Assembly: GCA_043827025.1 (NCBI GenBank) | Contig: JBDRPL010000010.1 | Coordinates: 18,837-82,836 of the forward strand | Direction of reading: 5' to 3' | From: Candidatus Micrarchaeota archaeon | Lineage (GTDB): Archaea > Micrarchaeota > Micrarchaeia > Anstonellales > Bilamarchaeaceae | Length of the DNA stretch: 64,000 nucleotides | Made by a program: the position numbers and the translations under genes | Part shown: piece after piece, positions 51,994-60,204 of the stretch | How the letters are laid out: the number at the start of each line of letters is the position of its first letter | Numbering within the stretch: the stretch's first letter is position 1 | The notes under the pieces: model-generated | Databases searched by the model: none | What the model was told of the DNA's origin: nothing | The model's input: the letters and a program-made list of their open reading frames with translations, nothing else

Positions 51994-52346
51994 TTCCAAT
52001 GTTTGATTTGATTTCTCACCTCATGGATAGTTTTCATGGCGGTGAGTTTGGGAAATTGAAAATGTTCGCAATGGGGGAAGTTGGGAAAGTAGGGGACACA
52101 CTCAGGCATACGCTTGAGGCTGCGATCGTAGGTGCGATGACAAAGATCGTTCCTCTTCTGATTTCAGCATTCCTTATGCTACTAGGGCTTATCTTCCTGT
52201 CTTTCGGGGCTGCAAAATATCTTGATTACCTGCTATATCCTCACAGTGGACTTGGCTATTTGGTAGTTGGCCTTATTGTAGTATTCTTTGGTCTCTTGAT
52301 CTACAGCAAGAACAAGAAAATCCACGAGACCAGCGCGAAAAACTAA
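51990..52346 (+). CDS. Two-TM protein, YqjE/phage-holin-like
   Basis: Amphipathic N-helix plus two TM helices with GLGYLVVG; overlaps the DUF883 gene. Confidence 0.55.
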   Translation: MIPMFDLISHLMDSFHGGEFGKLKMFAMGEVGKVGDTLRHTLEAAIVGAMTKIVPLLISAFLMLLGLIFLSFGAAKYLDYLLYPHSGLGYLVVGLIVVFFGLLIYSKNKKIHETSAKN

Positions 52347-52398
52347 TTTTTTTTATTAATTTTTTATTAATTTTTATTTTGGTTTCATTTTCTGGTTC

Positions 52399-53454
52399 TT
52401 ATTTCTTAGGTTCTGCCATTGCCCTTCTTTGCTCTATCACTTCGCTTGGAATAAGTTTTGTCGGCGACCTGTATATGTTTCCATCAGTGCCCAGCACCCT
52501 CAATGCGCTGACCCATGGCCCGAACAATCCGCCTCTTTCTTCATTATATGTTATCTGCTCTGCACCTACTATGTTTGATGGGATGGCTTTCAATCCCTGA
52601 TGCTCTTCCTTCAGGTCGAAAATCGTTACGAACGTATCTATCTTTCCAGTTGGATTAACAGATCTGCCATAATAGTAATATATTGTTGTGGTGCATCCAA
52701 TATCGCATAAAGGTATTACTGCAACCTCATCAGGGCTAAGAGGCGCAACCCTTGCGGAAAGCGGGTGTGGAATTGGCCAGGTATCGTCAGGAGGTATAAG
52801 ATATTTCTCGACTATGGTTGGGCCGTTTTGCGGCGGTCTGAACACGTGGATCCATCCGTCGTTAGTTACTGTTGCGACATAGGGCATCTTCTCGTCCCTT
52901 ATTGCCAGTATTCCAGCACCTATCACAGTCGCAGGAGGTGTTTTTTCCGGCAGAGTTACGTGCGATACTACTTGTTGAAGTTCAATTGCTTCTGAAATGT
53001 CTAGATTTATTTTTCCGGTGTATACTTTATTTTCAGTTACCCACCAAATAATATTATCAGTAGTCACTGTCATTGCCATTGGTTTTGTTCCTTCAAAAAC
53101 ATCGCCAGGCTTGAACTGCCATTCTGAAGTAAGCACGTTTCTCTTTGAGTTTGCAAGGTCATATGCAAGCAGAGTTTCGGTTTGGGGCAGATATTTATAA
53201 AAGATGGTTCGTTTGGATTTTGGTTCTGGGGGCTTTGGAGCGTTTTCAATTTCCCTTATCTGGGCAGCCCTTTTTTGTTCGGAACTTATGATGCTTGATG
53301 CTGCAAAGAATCCGCCAACCAATACTCCAATTGCTGCTCCGCAAACAAGTAGGAAATTAGCTGTTCTTGAGAATGATCTTAATCTTTGCATTGCCATTTG
53401 CACAGCTGGCATTTCATGTTTTTCATTGCCCTGCCTAGCTATTCGTTTCATCAA
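52399..53454 (-). CDS. Single-TM hypothetical protein with beta-rich ectodomain
   Basis: Basic leader, TM FLLVCGAAIGVLVGGFFAA, then a beta-strand-rich domain. Confidence 0.6.
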   Translation of the reverse strand: MMKRIARQGNEKHEMPAVQMAMQRLRSFSRTANFLLVCGAAIGVLVGGFFAASSIISSEQKRAAQIREIENAPKPPEPKSKRTIFYKYLPQTETLLAYDLANSKRNVLTSEWQFKPGDVFEGTKPMAMTVTTDNIIWWVTENKVYTGKINLDISEAIELQQVVSHVTLPEKTPPATVIGAGILAIRDEKMPYVATVTNDGWIHVFRPPQNGPTIVEKYLIPPDDTWPIPHPLSARVAPLSPDEVAVIPLCDIGCTTTIYYYYGRSVNPTGKIDTFVTIFDLKEEHQGLKAIPSNIVGAEQITYNEERGGLFGPWVSALRVLGTDGNIYRSPTKLIPSEVIEQRRAMAEPKK

Positions 53455-53510
53455 AGATATATATGCCTGAAATATTTAAAAAGTGTTGTAAATTGGAAAA
53501 AAAGGTGTTA

Positions 53511-54125
53511 TTATTCAGTCACCTGTTTAGTTTTTCCCTTTCTTGCAACGTCTCCTTCAGCAGAAGCAACCATCTCGCTCTGGCCTTCTCTTTCCACATC
53601 TCCTGTCACAGGCCTGACGCTTTTCTTTCTACCTTCCCTTTCAACGTCTCCGCCTGCAGGTTTGACATCTCTTGTTCTTCCTTTTCTTTCAACGTCCCCT
53701 GTTTCGGAATCAACTTCCCTGCGTTTTCCTCTTCTTTCAACATCTCCTTCGACTGTTTGCACAGGTCTTGTTTTTCCAGCTGCCAGCATTGTGCCTTCCG
53801 TATGTACAACTAAAGTGACTTCATGTATGAGTTTTGATTCCTCTTCCTGGAATCTTTCCTTGAGCTCCTGCTGGTTGGACGGATGAATTCTCTTGTCTTT
53901 TGGGTCGTAGACATATATTCCTACATCTGTTCGTATTTCATTACCGTTGAGAAAACGCACCAGGTCTTTTTTTGTCAAATGTCCTTTTACTATGAATGTC
54001 TTGTCTATCTCTTCGAATGTAATCCTGAATGTCTGGAGCGGATGTTGTTCCGGTCCTCTGAGCTTATCAGGCTTCATCATTTCAACGTGTTCAAATCCGT
54101 GCTGTACCTTGACTTCAATTGGCAT
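53511..54125 (-). CDS. Hypothetical protein with five C-terminal 16-aa repeats
   Basis: GDVERRG, GDVERKG, GDVEREG, GDVEREG, GDVARKG at 16-aa spacing. Confidence 0.7.
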   Translation of the reverse strand: MPIEVKVQHGFEHVEMMKPDKLRGPEQHPLQTFRITFEEIDKTFIVKGHLTKKDLVRFLNGNEIRTDVGIYVYDPKDKRIHPSNQQELKERFQEEESKLIHEVTLVVHTEGTMLAAGKTRPVQTVEGDVERRGKRREVDSETGDVERKGRTRDVKPAGGDVEREGRKKSVRPVTGDVEREGQSEMVASAEGDVARKGKTKQVTE

Positions 54126-54220
54126 ATGATCACAGATTCCATTTACAGCTCATTCTATTAAATTTATTCTTCTGATGACAGATACCACGTTTTTTAAGTT
54201 TTTCTAACTAATATCTTATA

Positions 54221-55909
54221 ATGAGGAGAGTAGGCAGAAGCAAGTTATTTTCAGCCGAACACGCCAAGGGCGGAAATGGCGACAAACATGACTTGTCATT
54301 TATCTTGAGGGATTCACAGCCGGCTCTTGATGCTGTTCATGCGCCTCCAAGTGCTTCTCTTATTCCAGTTTCTCCTCCGCTTCCTGCTGGGTCTCAACAG
54401 AGTAGGCCAGTTGGTTCTGATACCGACCTTCCGATTGCATTATCAGGGGTTGTTTTTTCAGGCCCTGCTCCGAAAAGCGGTGAGGCAGGCGGGTTGGTCA
54501 TAGGAGGAAAATATCGCTATTTAGAAATTCTTGGTCAAGGTGGCATGGGAACTGTTTTTCTTGCAGAAGCCCCAGATAGGACAAGGGCGGCTGTTAAAAT
54601 CCTGGTCCTTGAACAGATCCCTGCAGGAAGCCGTGATGGTGCAGTCGCAAGGTTTCTCCAGGAAGCGAATCTTGCAATCCATGTCAATCATCCGAATGTT
54701 GCAAAGATATTCGATTTTGGATTCGATCCTTCCTCAAAATGGTTTTATATCGCAATGGAATATATTAAGGGCAAGGATTTGGACAAGTATCTTAAAAGTG
54801 AAATTGGCACTGGCAGGATTGCGCTGAAAGATTTTTTCCAGATCGCACTCCAGTTTTGCGATGGTGTCCGTGCATTCCATGAAAAGGGGATTGTGCATCG
54901 CGACGTAAAGCTCGAAAATGCGATGGTACTTGACGATCGAAGCGGCCATCTTGTTGTCAGGATAATCGACCCCGGAATAGCCAAACAGAAATTTTTCGGC
55001 AGAACTCCATTGCCTGGCACAGGTATCACACAACAGCCGTTTTCTGCAATAGGCACCCCTGAGTATATGGCTCCAGAGGCTTACTGTGGTGACACAAGTT
55101 TCCGTTCGGATGTTTATTCTATAGGTATTTCTCTATATCGCCTTTTATGCAATAAATTCCCTTTCTTCGCCCCGGACTATGATAAACTTATGCGGAAACA
55201 CATGAATGAAACTCCAATCTCTCCGCATGATTTCGATCCGAATATTCCGGAAGAATTAAGTGCCATCATCATGAAATGCCTTGCCAAGGCTCCAAACGAC
55301 AGATATCCCATTGTTTATGAGCTTATTGTTGAGCTGATGATGTGTGCTGAAAGGCTAGGTGTTCCTGTTGATTTCACGCCCTACTCTCCTGAAGATTCAG
55401 ATCGCCTTAGGGTTTCTGAACCTATGCTTGACGTAGCTGGTTTCGGAGGAATTCCAGAATCGGATGCATCATCTTTAGTAGTAGGCGCTGTTGCGATTCA
55501 TCCTCCTGCAAGAAGCTTCAAGCATTGGATGGCAGCAGGTGCAGTTGCATTGACATTAGGTGCTATAGCATATGTTTTCCCAAGCATTGTTTATCAATCA
55601 ATGGTCCCTGTGACTCAAATTCCTCCAACTCCCATTGTTTCTGAGGAAGCAAAAAAGCCCATGCACTCAATTTTCATAGCTTCAGAGCCTGCTGGTGCAT
55701 CCGTAAGCGTCATAGAAGAAAACAGCATGGGAAACCATTGGTTCAGGGTTGTTGGTGAAACTCCCATTGCCAGAAATCAATTCACTGAAGGTACTGCATT
55801 GCTTGTCGAGAGAGAAGGTTATTTTCCAAGGATTCTAATCGTTGACAGGGATAGGGATTTCAATGTTATTTTGCCCCCCTTAAGGGCAGCAGCTCCTGGA
55901 TCGGAGTAG
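54221..55909 (+). CDS. Hanks-type (PknB-like) Ser/Thr kinase with TM helix and PEGA-like C-terminal domain
   Basis: LGQGGMGTVF, AVK, RFLQEA, HPNV, HRDVKLEN, DPG, GTPEYMAPE, SDVYSIG; SEPAGASV...VGETP...EREGY. Confidence 0.92.
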   Translation: MRRVGRSKLFSAEHAKGGNGDKHDLSFILRDSQPALDAVHAPPSASLIPVSPPLPAGSQQSRPVGSDTDLPIALSGVVFSGPAPKSGEAGGLVIGGKYRYLEILGQGGMGTVFLAEAPDRTRAAVKILVLEQIPAGSRDGAVARFLQEANLAIHVNHPNVAKIFDFGFDPSSKWFYIAMEYIKGKDLDKYLKSEIGTGRIALKDFFQIALQFCDGVRAFHEKGIVHRDVKLENAMVLDDRSGHLVVRIIDPGIAKQKFFGRTPLPGTGITQQPFSAIGTPEYMAPEAYCGDTSFRSDVYSIGISLYRLLCNKFPFFAPDYDKLMRKHMNETPISPHDFDPNIPEELSAIIMKCLAKAPNDRYPIVYELIVELMMCAERLGVPVDFTPYSPEDSDRLRVSEPMLDVAGFGGIPESDASSLVVGAVAIHPPARSFKHWMAAGAVALTLGAIAYVFPSIVYQSMVPVTQIPPTPIVSEEAKKPMHSIFIASEPAGASVSVIEENSMGNHWFRVVGETPIARNQFTEGTALLVEREGYFPRILIVDRDRDFNVILPPLRAAAPGSE

Positions 55910-55978
55910 ACCTCATTTTTTAATCTTTTGCTACCTATATTTTCTCCTACCTGATTGCTAGACAGGTATAGGTACAAC

Positions 55979-56393
55979 GCTCCGTTAGTCTAGTAAACTT
56001 TTTAGGAAAAAGTTTAATCAAAAACTCTCTCTAAGAAGTTTGGACATCCCGGTTAAGGACTTCAGACTCTCAAGGCTTTTTGGCCAGTGCATTTCAAATG
56101 CCAAAAACCCTGGAAACACTAGGGAACTTTGTTTCCTGTGCCCATTGAAATCGAAACCGATTTCAATCAGGAAGACAGTCAGGGTTTCATAAGCATTCGT
56201 GCATATCTTGCCAAAAATCATAGTCCTCTGGAAACCCGGGTTCGAAGCCCACCTTTTCTTTCTCGCAGAAAGAAAAGCTAGGCGTGACAAAAACCTTTCG
56301 GTTTTTGTCTGTATCGAAACAATTATGTTTCGATTGCGCACCAAAAGAAAGAAGGTGTGATCCTTTTTGTGGATGAAACTCCCGGACGGAGCA
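55979..56393 (+). tRNA. tRNA-Glu(CUC) with three introns: 55994-56047 (D-loop), 56073-56225 (37/38), 56247-56379 (T-loop, 59/60)
   Basis: Exons join to a 75-nt cloverleaf GCTCCGT TA GTCT AGCCCGGTTAA GGAC T TCAGA CTCTCAC TCTGG AAAC CCGGG TTCGAAT CCCGG ACGGAGC A; each junction forms a BHB-like motif. Confidence 0.9.
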
Positions 56394-56476
56394 ATTTCTT
56401 TTAATATCAGTTCTCTAACTGATCAGCACACCTGTGCTGATGTCTACATAAACCCTAAAATAAGCCTCTTGCTGGA

Positions 56477-57709
56477 GTGGTAAGCATGAGTGGGTTTGAT
56501 ATATACAACTATCCGAAAAAGCTTGATTCAGCCATAAATAAGCTGAATGCTGATTTGAGGGTTAGTGAAGAGAATAAGGAAGACATTGTATCTTTTTCTA
56601 AGGTAAAGCTAGCAAAGGGCTGTACCCACGCCAGGGTTAGCAAGATTATCTATTCTCTTAGGTGTTTAGCTGTTTGGTTAAAGGGATCTTTCAAACAAGC
56701 AACGAAAGATGATTTGATTGCCCTTATTGGCGATCTTGAGGCCAATCAAAAGTATTCGGAAAATACAAAACATGATCTGAAAGTTATTTTGAAAATGTTT
56801 TATAAATGGCTTAAGGGGAATGATGAAGAAGTTCCTAAGGAAATAAAATGGCTAGTACCAAGAATAAAAAACGAAGCCAGTAAATTGCCTGAAGATCTTT
56901 TGACAGAAGATGAAATCCTGCAATTAGCCAATGCAGCCAACCATCCAAGAGACAGGGCGCTTATTCTTGTCTTATATGAAACAGGCTGTAGAATAGGAGA
57001 GATCCTCACCTTAAAGATGAAAAATATTCAGTTTGACCAATATGGCGCAATTTTGAGAGTCACAGGAAAAACCGGTGACAGGAGAGTCAGGATAATCAGT
57101 TCAGCACCTGTTTTAGCTTCCTGGATAGACATCTATGAGAAGGCAAAGGAACCTGAAGCACCTTTATGGGCGCCTCGGGCAACTAAATCAACAGCAAGAA
57201 AAAATGCAGTTAAATTTCTTGACCATAGGTGTGCTTATGAATTAATTAGGCGTTTAGGTGAGAAGGCAGGGATAAGAAAGCACTTACACCCTCACTTGTT
57301 TAGGCATTCCCGAGCAACAGCATTGGCAGGAAAATTAACAGAAGCGCAGATGAAGGAATACTTTGGCTGGGTTCAAAGCTCAGATATGGCAGCTACTTAT
57401 GTGCACTTATCAGGTCGTGATGTTGATAATGCTCTTCTGAAATTGCACGGTTTGGCAAAGCCGGAAGATGAACATGAGGATAAGATGAAAGTTCGATCCT
57501 GTGCAAGATGCAAAGAACACAATTCACCAATTGCAAAATTCTGCATACGTTGTGGATTGCCTTTGGATCAGGAACTTTTGATCAGAGTCGAAAAGGAAAG
57601 AGAGTCAAGCGACGATCTGATGAACAAACTAATGGAAGACAAGGAATTCAGGGAACTCATGATGAAGAAGATATTGGAGAAAGGGTTGGAGAAGACGATT
57701 GCACATTAA
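56477..57709 (+). CDS. Tyrosine recombinase/integrase with C-terminal zinc ribbon
   Basis: YETGCRIGE, GKTG, HPHLFRHSRAT, FGW...MAATYVHL; CARC...CIRCG. Confidence 0.95.
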   Translation: MVSMSGFDIYNYPKKLDSAINKLNADLRVSEENKEDIVSFSKVKLAKGCTHARVSKIIYSLRCLAVWLKGSFKQATKDDLIALIGDLEANQKYSENTKHDLKVILKMFYKWLKGNDEEVPKEIKWLVPRIKNEASKLPEDLLTEDEILQLANAANHPRDRALILVLYETGCRIGEILTLKMKNIQFDQYGAILRVTGKTGDRRVRIISSAPVLASWIDIYEKAKEPEAPLWAPRATKSTARKNAVKFLDHRCAYELIRRLGEKAGIRKHLHPHLFRHSRATALAGKLTEAQMKEYFGWVQSSDMAATYVHLSGRDVDNALLKLHGLAKPEDEHEDKMKVRSCARCKEHNSPIAKFCIRCGLPLDQELLIRVEKERESSDDLMNKLMEDKEFRELMMKKILEKGLEKTIAH

Positions 57710-60204
57710 GGCGATTGATCCTTGTTTTTCTTTGCTTCTATTTCCTCTTTTCTTATCCTTAATCCAGTAAGTATCGCCCCTGCACTTGCCATCGTTGCAA
57801 TGAAAAAGACTACTGAGCCAATTACTCCAGCAGTTGCGAACCATGCAACTGGAGCAACATACTCTAGTGTAGTTTGAGCTGCTCCCCAGCCTGTCCACAA
57901 ATTATTTGCCTGTAATACTAAATTAGGCACTGCCATCGTTGCTGAGCCAACTATTGACAACTTTGATTTAGTTGCAACAAAGAACAGTTCCTTTGCTTCT
58001 TCATATTTACTTCTGCAAAACTCATGAATGGGATATAGTAGGGGTTGCAATCTTAAGACAAATCTATCAAAAAGACCAAGCATTTCTTCTTTCATTGCAA
58101 ATTCAAATAATTCTCTTTTAATTTTTGGGTCTTTTTCATCATGAATTGCCATCCTAGCAGGTTTGTTTAATCTATATGTAGGAATTGTTATTTCCATATT
58201 TTCTATATATAAATTTGACGAGAAAGTCCTCTTTAAACGTTTTATCTCTTTGAGCAATTCCATTCTCTGCTGTGAATTGAGCTGTTTTCCTAATTTCGAT
58301 CTGTGCCTTCTTGACGCTGCCAAATAAAAAACTAGAGAACCCATAATATTGGTTTTTTCTCTATAAGGCTCACGATTAAATGGATCTAACCCAATGGCAT
58401 CAGAACAGAGGGACAGTGCCTGAATGTAATCTCCAGATTCGGCCAGTTCGACGGCTCTGAAGAGTGCACAGCCTGCTTCAGCGAAATTAGGACTTTGGGA
58501 GACGTAATGCCGAACTTCCCATCCAACAATGGGGTTAAGACAGTTACAAATACCAATAAAAGCAGCATTAAGATTAATTGAAACAGGTTTAACATCATGA
58601 TGAGGTATCACACCGATATAAAAATTTCTTCCATTGAAAGTAAATGTTACTTCTCTGGCTTCTCTGTTGATAGACACTTGTTTGTAACCTTCCCTCTCTG
58701 CAACTCTGAATCCCGCATCTGGATCAGAAAATAATTCAAAAAATCTGTTTACAGTACGTTTATCTTTGAAACTTTGATAATCCGCTTTGGCTTCTGACAA
58801 ATCTTTCTCTAAATCCTTTCTTTGGTTTGGACGAATTCTATGTTTTATTGCACTGAAAAGTTCATCTGCCCTCTGAAGTTCGCCAGCTTCAAGATAAATA
58901 TTAATAATCACATGTAATGGAACTTTAAGGTGGGCAAACGAACTAGGTACAGTCCCAAATCTTCCCATGCTAAAAACAGACAAGTCAAGAGGAGCATTTT
59001 GCCCAACCAAAACGCGATTGTTTCTTAGATGAGATTCCAAAGCTTGAGTGATACGGTCAATGCCTAGCCCTCCGCGATCATATAATATTTTTATCGCAGT
59101 AATCCAATTCACAAATAGATCAGCATTTGTTTGCATACATTCTAAGACAGATGCAGATTTATTTTCACGTCTTTCGGCAAGGACACGCAGCCCTAGTTCG
59201 TGTGCCTTTGCAAATGCCCTTTCTGCAGCTTCGAAATTGTCTTCCAGTGCAAAAGATATGCCTAAATATTTATAACCAAGATAATGCCTTGATAATTGAA
59301 TAGCCCTCATAGCAGCAAGTTTCATTTTAGGGATTTGCCGATCTGCATAACAAACCCTGGCCCTCTCAACAAATGCTGATGAATTAGATACTCTCAAAAA
59401 ATCATCTGTCAGTTCCAATAACCTAGTATTGTCTCCCATTTCGCTATAGTGGGATGCCAGGTTGGAAGTTCCTAATTCATTTCCCAATCTTGCAGATTCG
59501 TGGAGTCTGGCAAATGCTGTGACTTGCTGTCCCATATTCATCAAGGCATTCCCGCTGTTGTTAAAATAATCTGAAATAATGTCTTCATTGGACATTGGAG
59601 TAACGTGAAAATGTTGAGTGCCTGGAACAGAAGCTGTAAAATCAAGCATAAGCAGACCTAAATTAGGTCGATCTTCCAAACCTGCTGTGCTCAGGACTTG
59701 GCGTCTAAAATCAGAATCCTTTTCAAACCTAGTGTGCCTCAAATTATCTGGAAGGTCGTCCAACAGAAAACTACCGCATGCATGCCACGTAGGAGTAGAA
59801 TTTTCATGGGAATAAACAGAGAAACCAACTGCTTGTGTCTGCTCAGCATTGATACCTGCTTGATTACAAATTGATAAAAACAAAAACGTGTGCTCCAAAC
59901 AACAGCCTTTTTTTCCTTCAGCTACTTCGAAAGCTCTAAAACAGCCATCTGGCCTTTTTTCCTGCAAGTCAAAGTTTATTCCATAGGTTCCCACCTTTGT
60001 CCTAAGGCGCTGAAATAATTGTTCGACTGCTTTTAACCTGTCTGTTGAAAATTCCCTAGCAAAAACGTCGGCTTCTTGTCGAATCCATTCGTTGGCCTGA
60101 ATTGGATTTGGAAGATCGGGGATTTTTGTGGAATCAACTAGATGTTTGTGGAAGTCTCCGGAATACAAGCCTTTGCCTGGTCGATTTGGAATACAAAGCA
60201 TCAT
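57706..60204 (-). CDS. Transglutaminase-like domain plus TPR repeats plus C-terminal hydrophobic helices
   Basis: KGCCLEHTFLF...AGI, WHAC, LDFT (Cys-His-Asp); TPR-like YLGISFALEDNFEAAERAFAKA and DAIGLDP; hydrophobic C-terminus. Confidence 0.7.
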   Translation of the reverse strand: MMLCIPNRPGKGLYSGDFHKHLVDSTKIPDLPNPIQANEWIRQEADVFAREFSTDRLKAVEQLFQRLRTKVGTYGINFDLQEKRPDGCFRAFEVAEGKKGCCLEHTFLFLSICNQAGINAEQTQAVGFSVYSHENSTPTWHACGSFLLDDLPDNLRHTRFEKDSDFRRQVLSTAGLEDRPNLGLLMLDFTASVPGTQHFHVTPMSNEDIISDYFNNSGNALMNMGQQVTAFARLHESARLGNELGTSNLASHYSEMGDNTRLLELTDDFLRVSNSSAFVERARVCYADRQIPKMKLAAMRAIQLSRHYLGYKYLGISFALEDNFEAAERAFAKAHELGLRVLAERRENKSASVLECMQTNADLFVNWITAIKILYDRGGLGIDRITQALESHLRNNRVLVGQNAPLDLSVFSMGRFGTVPSSFAHLKVPLHVIINIYLEAGELQRADELFSAIKHRIRPNQRKDLEKDLSEAKADYQSFKDKRTVNRFFELFSDPDAGFRVAEREGYKQVSINREAREVTFTFNGRNFYIGVIPHHDVKPVSINLNAAFIGICNCLNPIVGWEVRHYVSQSPNFAEAGCALFRAVELAESGDYIQALSLCSDAIGLDPFNREPYREKTNIMGSLVFYLAASRRHRSKLGKQLNSQQRMELLKEIKRLKRTFSSNLYIENMEITIPTYRLNKPARMAIHDEKDPKIKRELFEFAMKEEMLGLFDRFVLRLQPLLYPIHEFCRSKYEEAKELFFVATKSKLSIVGSATMAVPNLVLQANNLWTGWGAAQTTLEYVAPVAWFATAGVIGSVVFFIATMASAGAILTGLRIRKEEIEAKKNKDQSP

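Noticed and set aside
52347..52380. Short (T)nATTAA tandem repeat
   Set aside because: Low-complexity T-rich tract between convergent genes, likely an ordinary terminator region
56018..56344. 108-aa minus-strand ORF
   Set aside because: Lies antisense within the tRNA-Glu introns and exons; no homing-endonuclease motif
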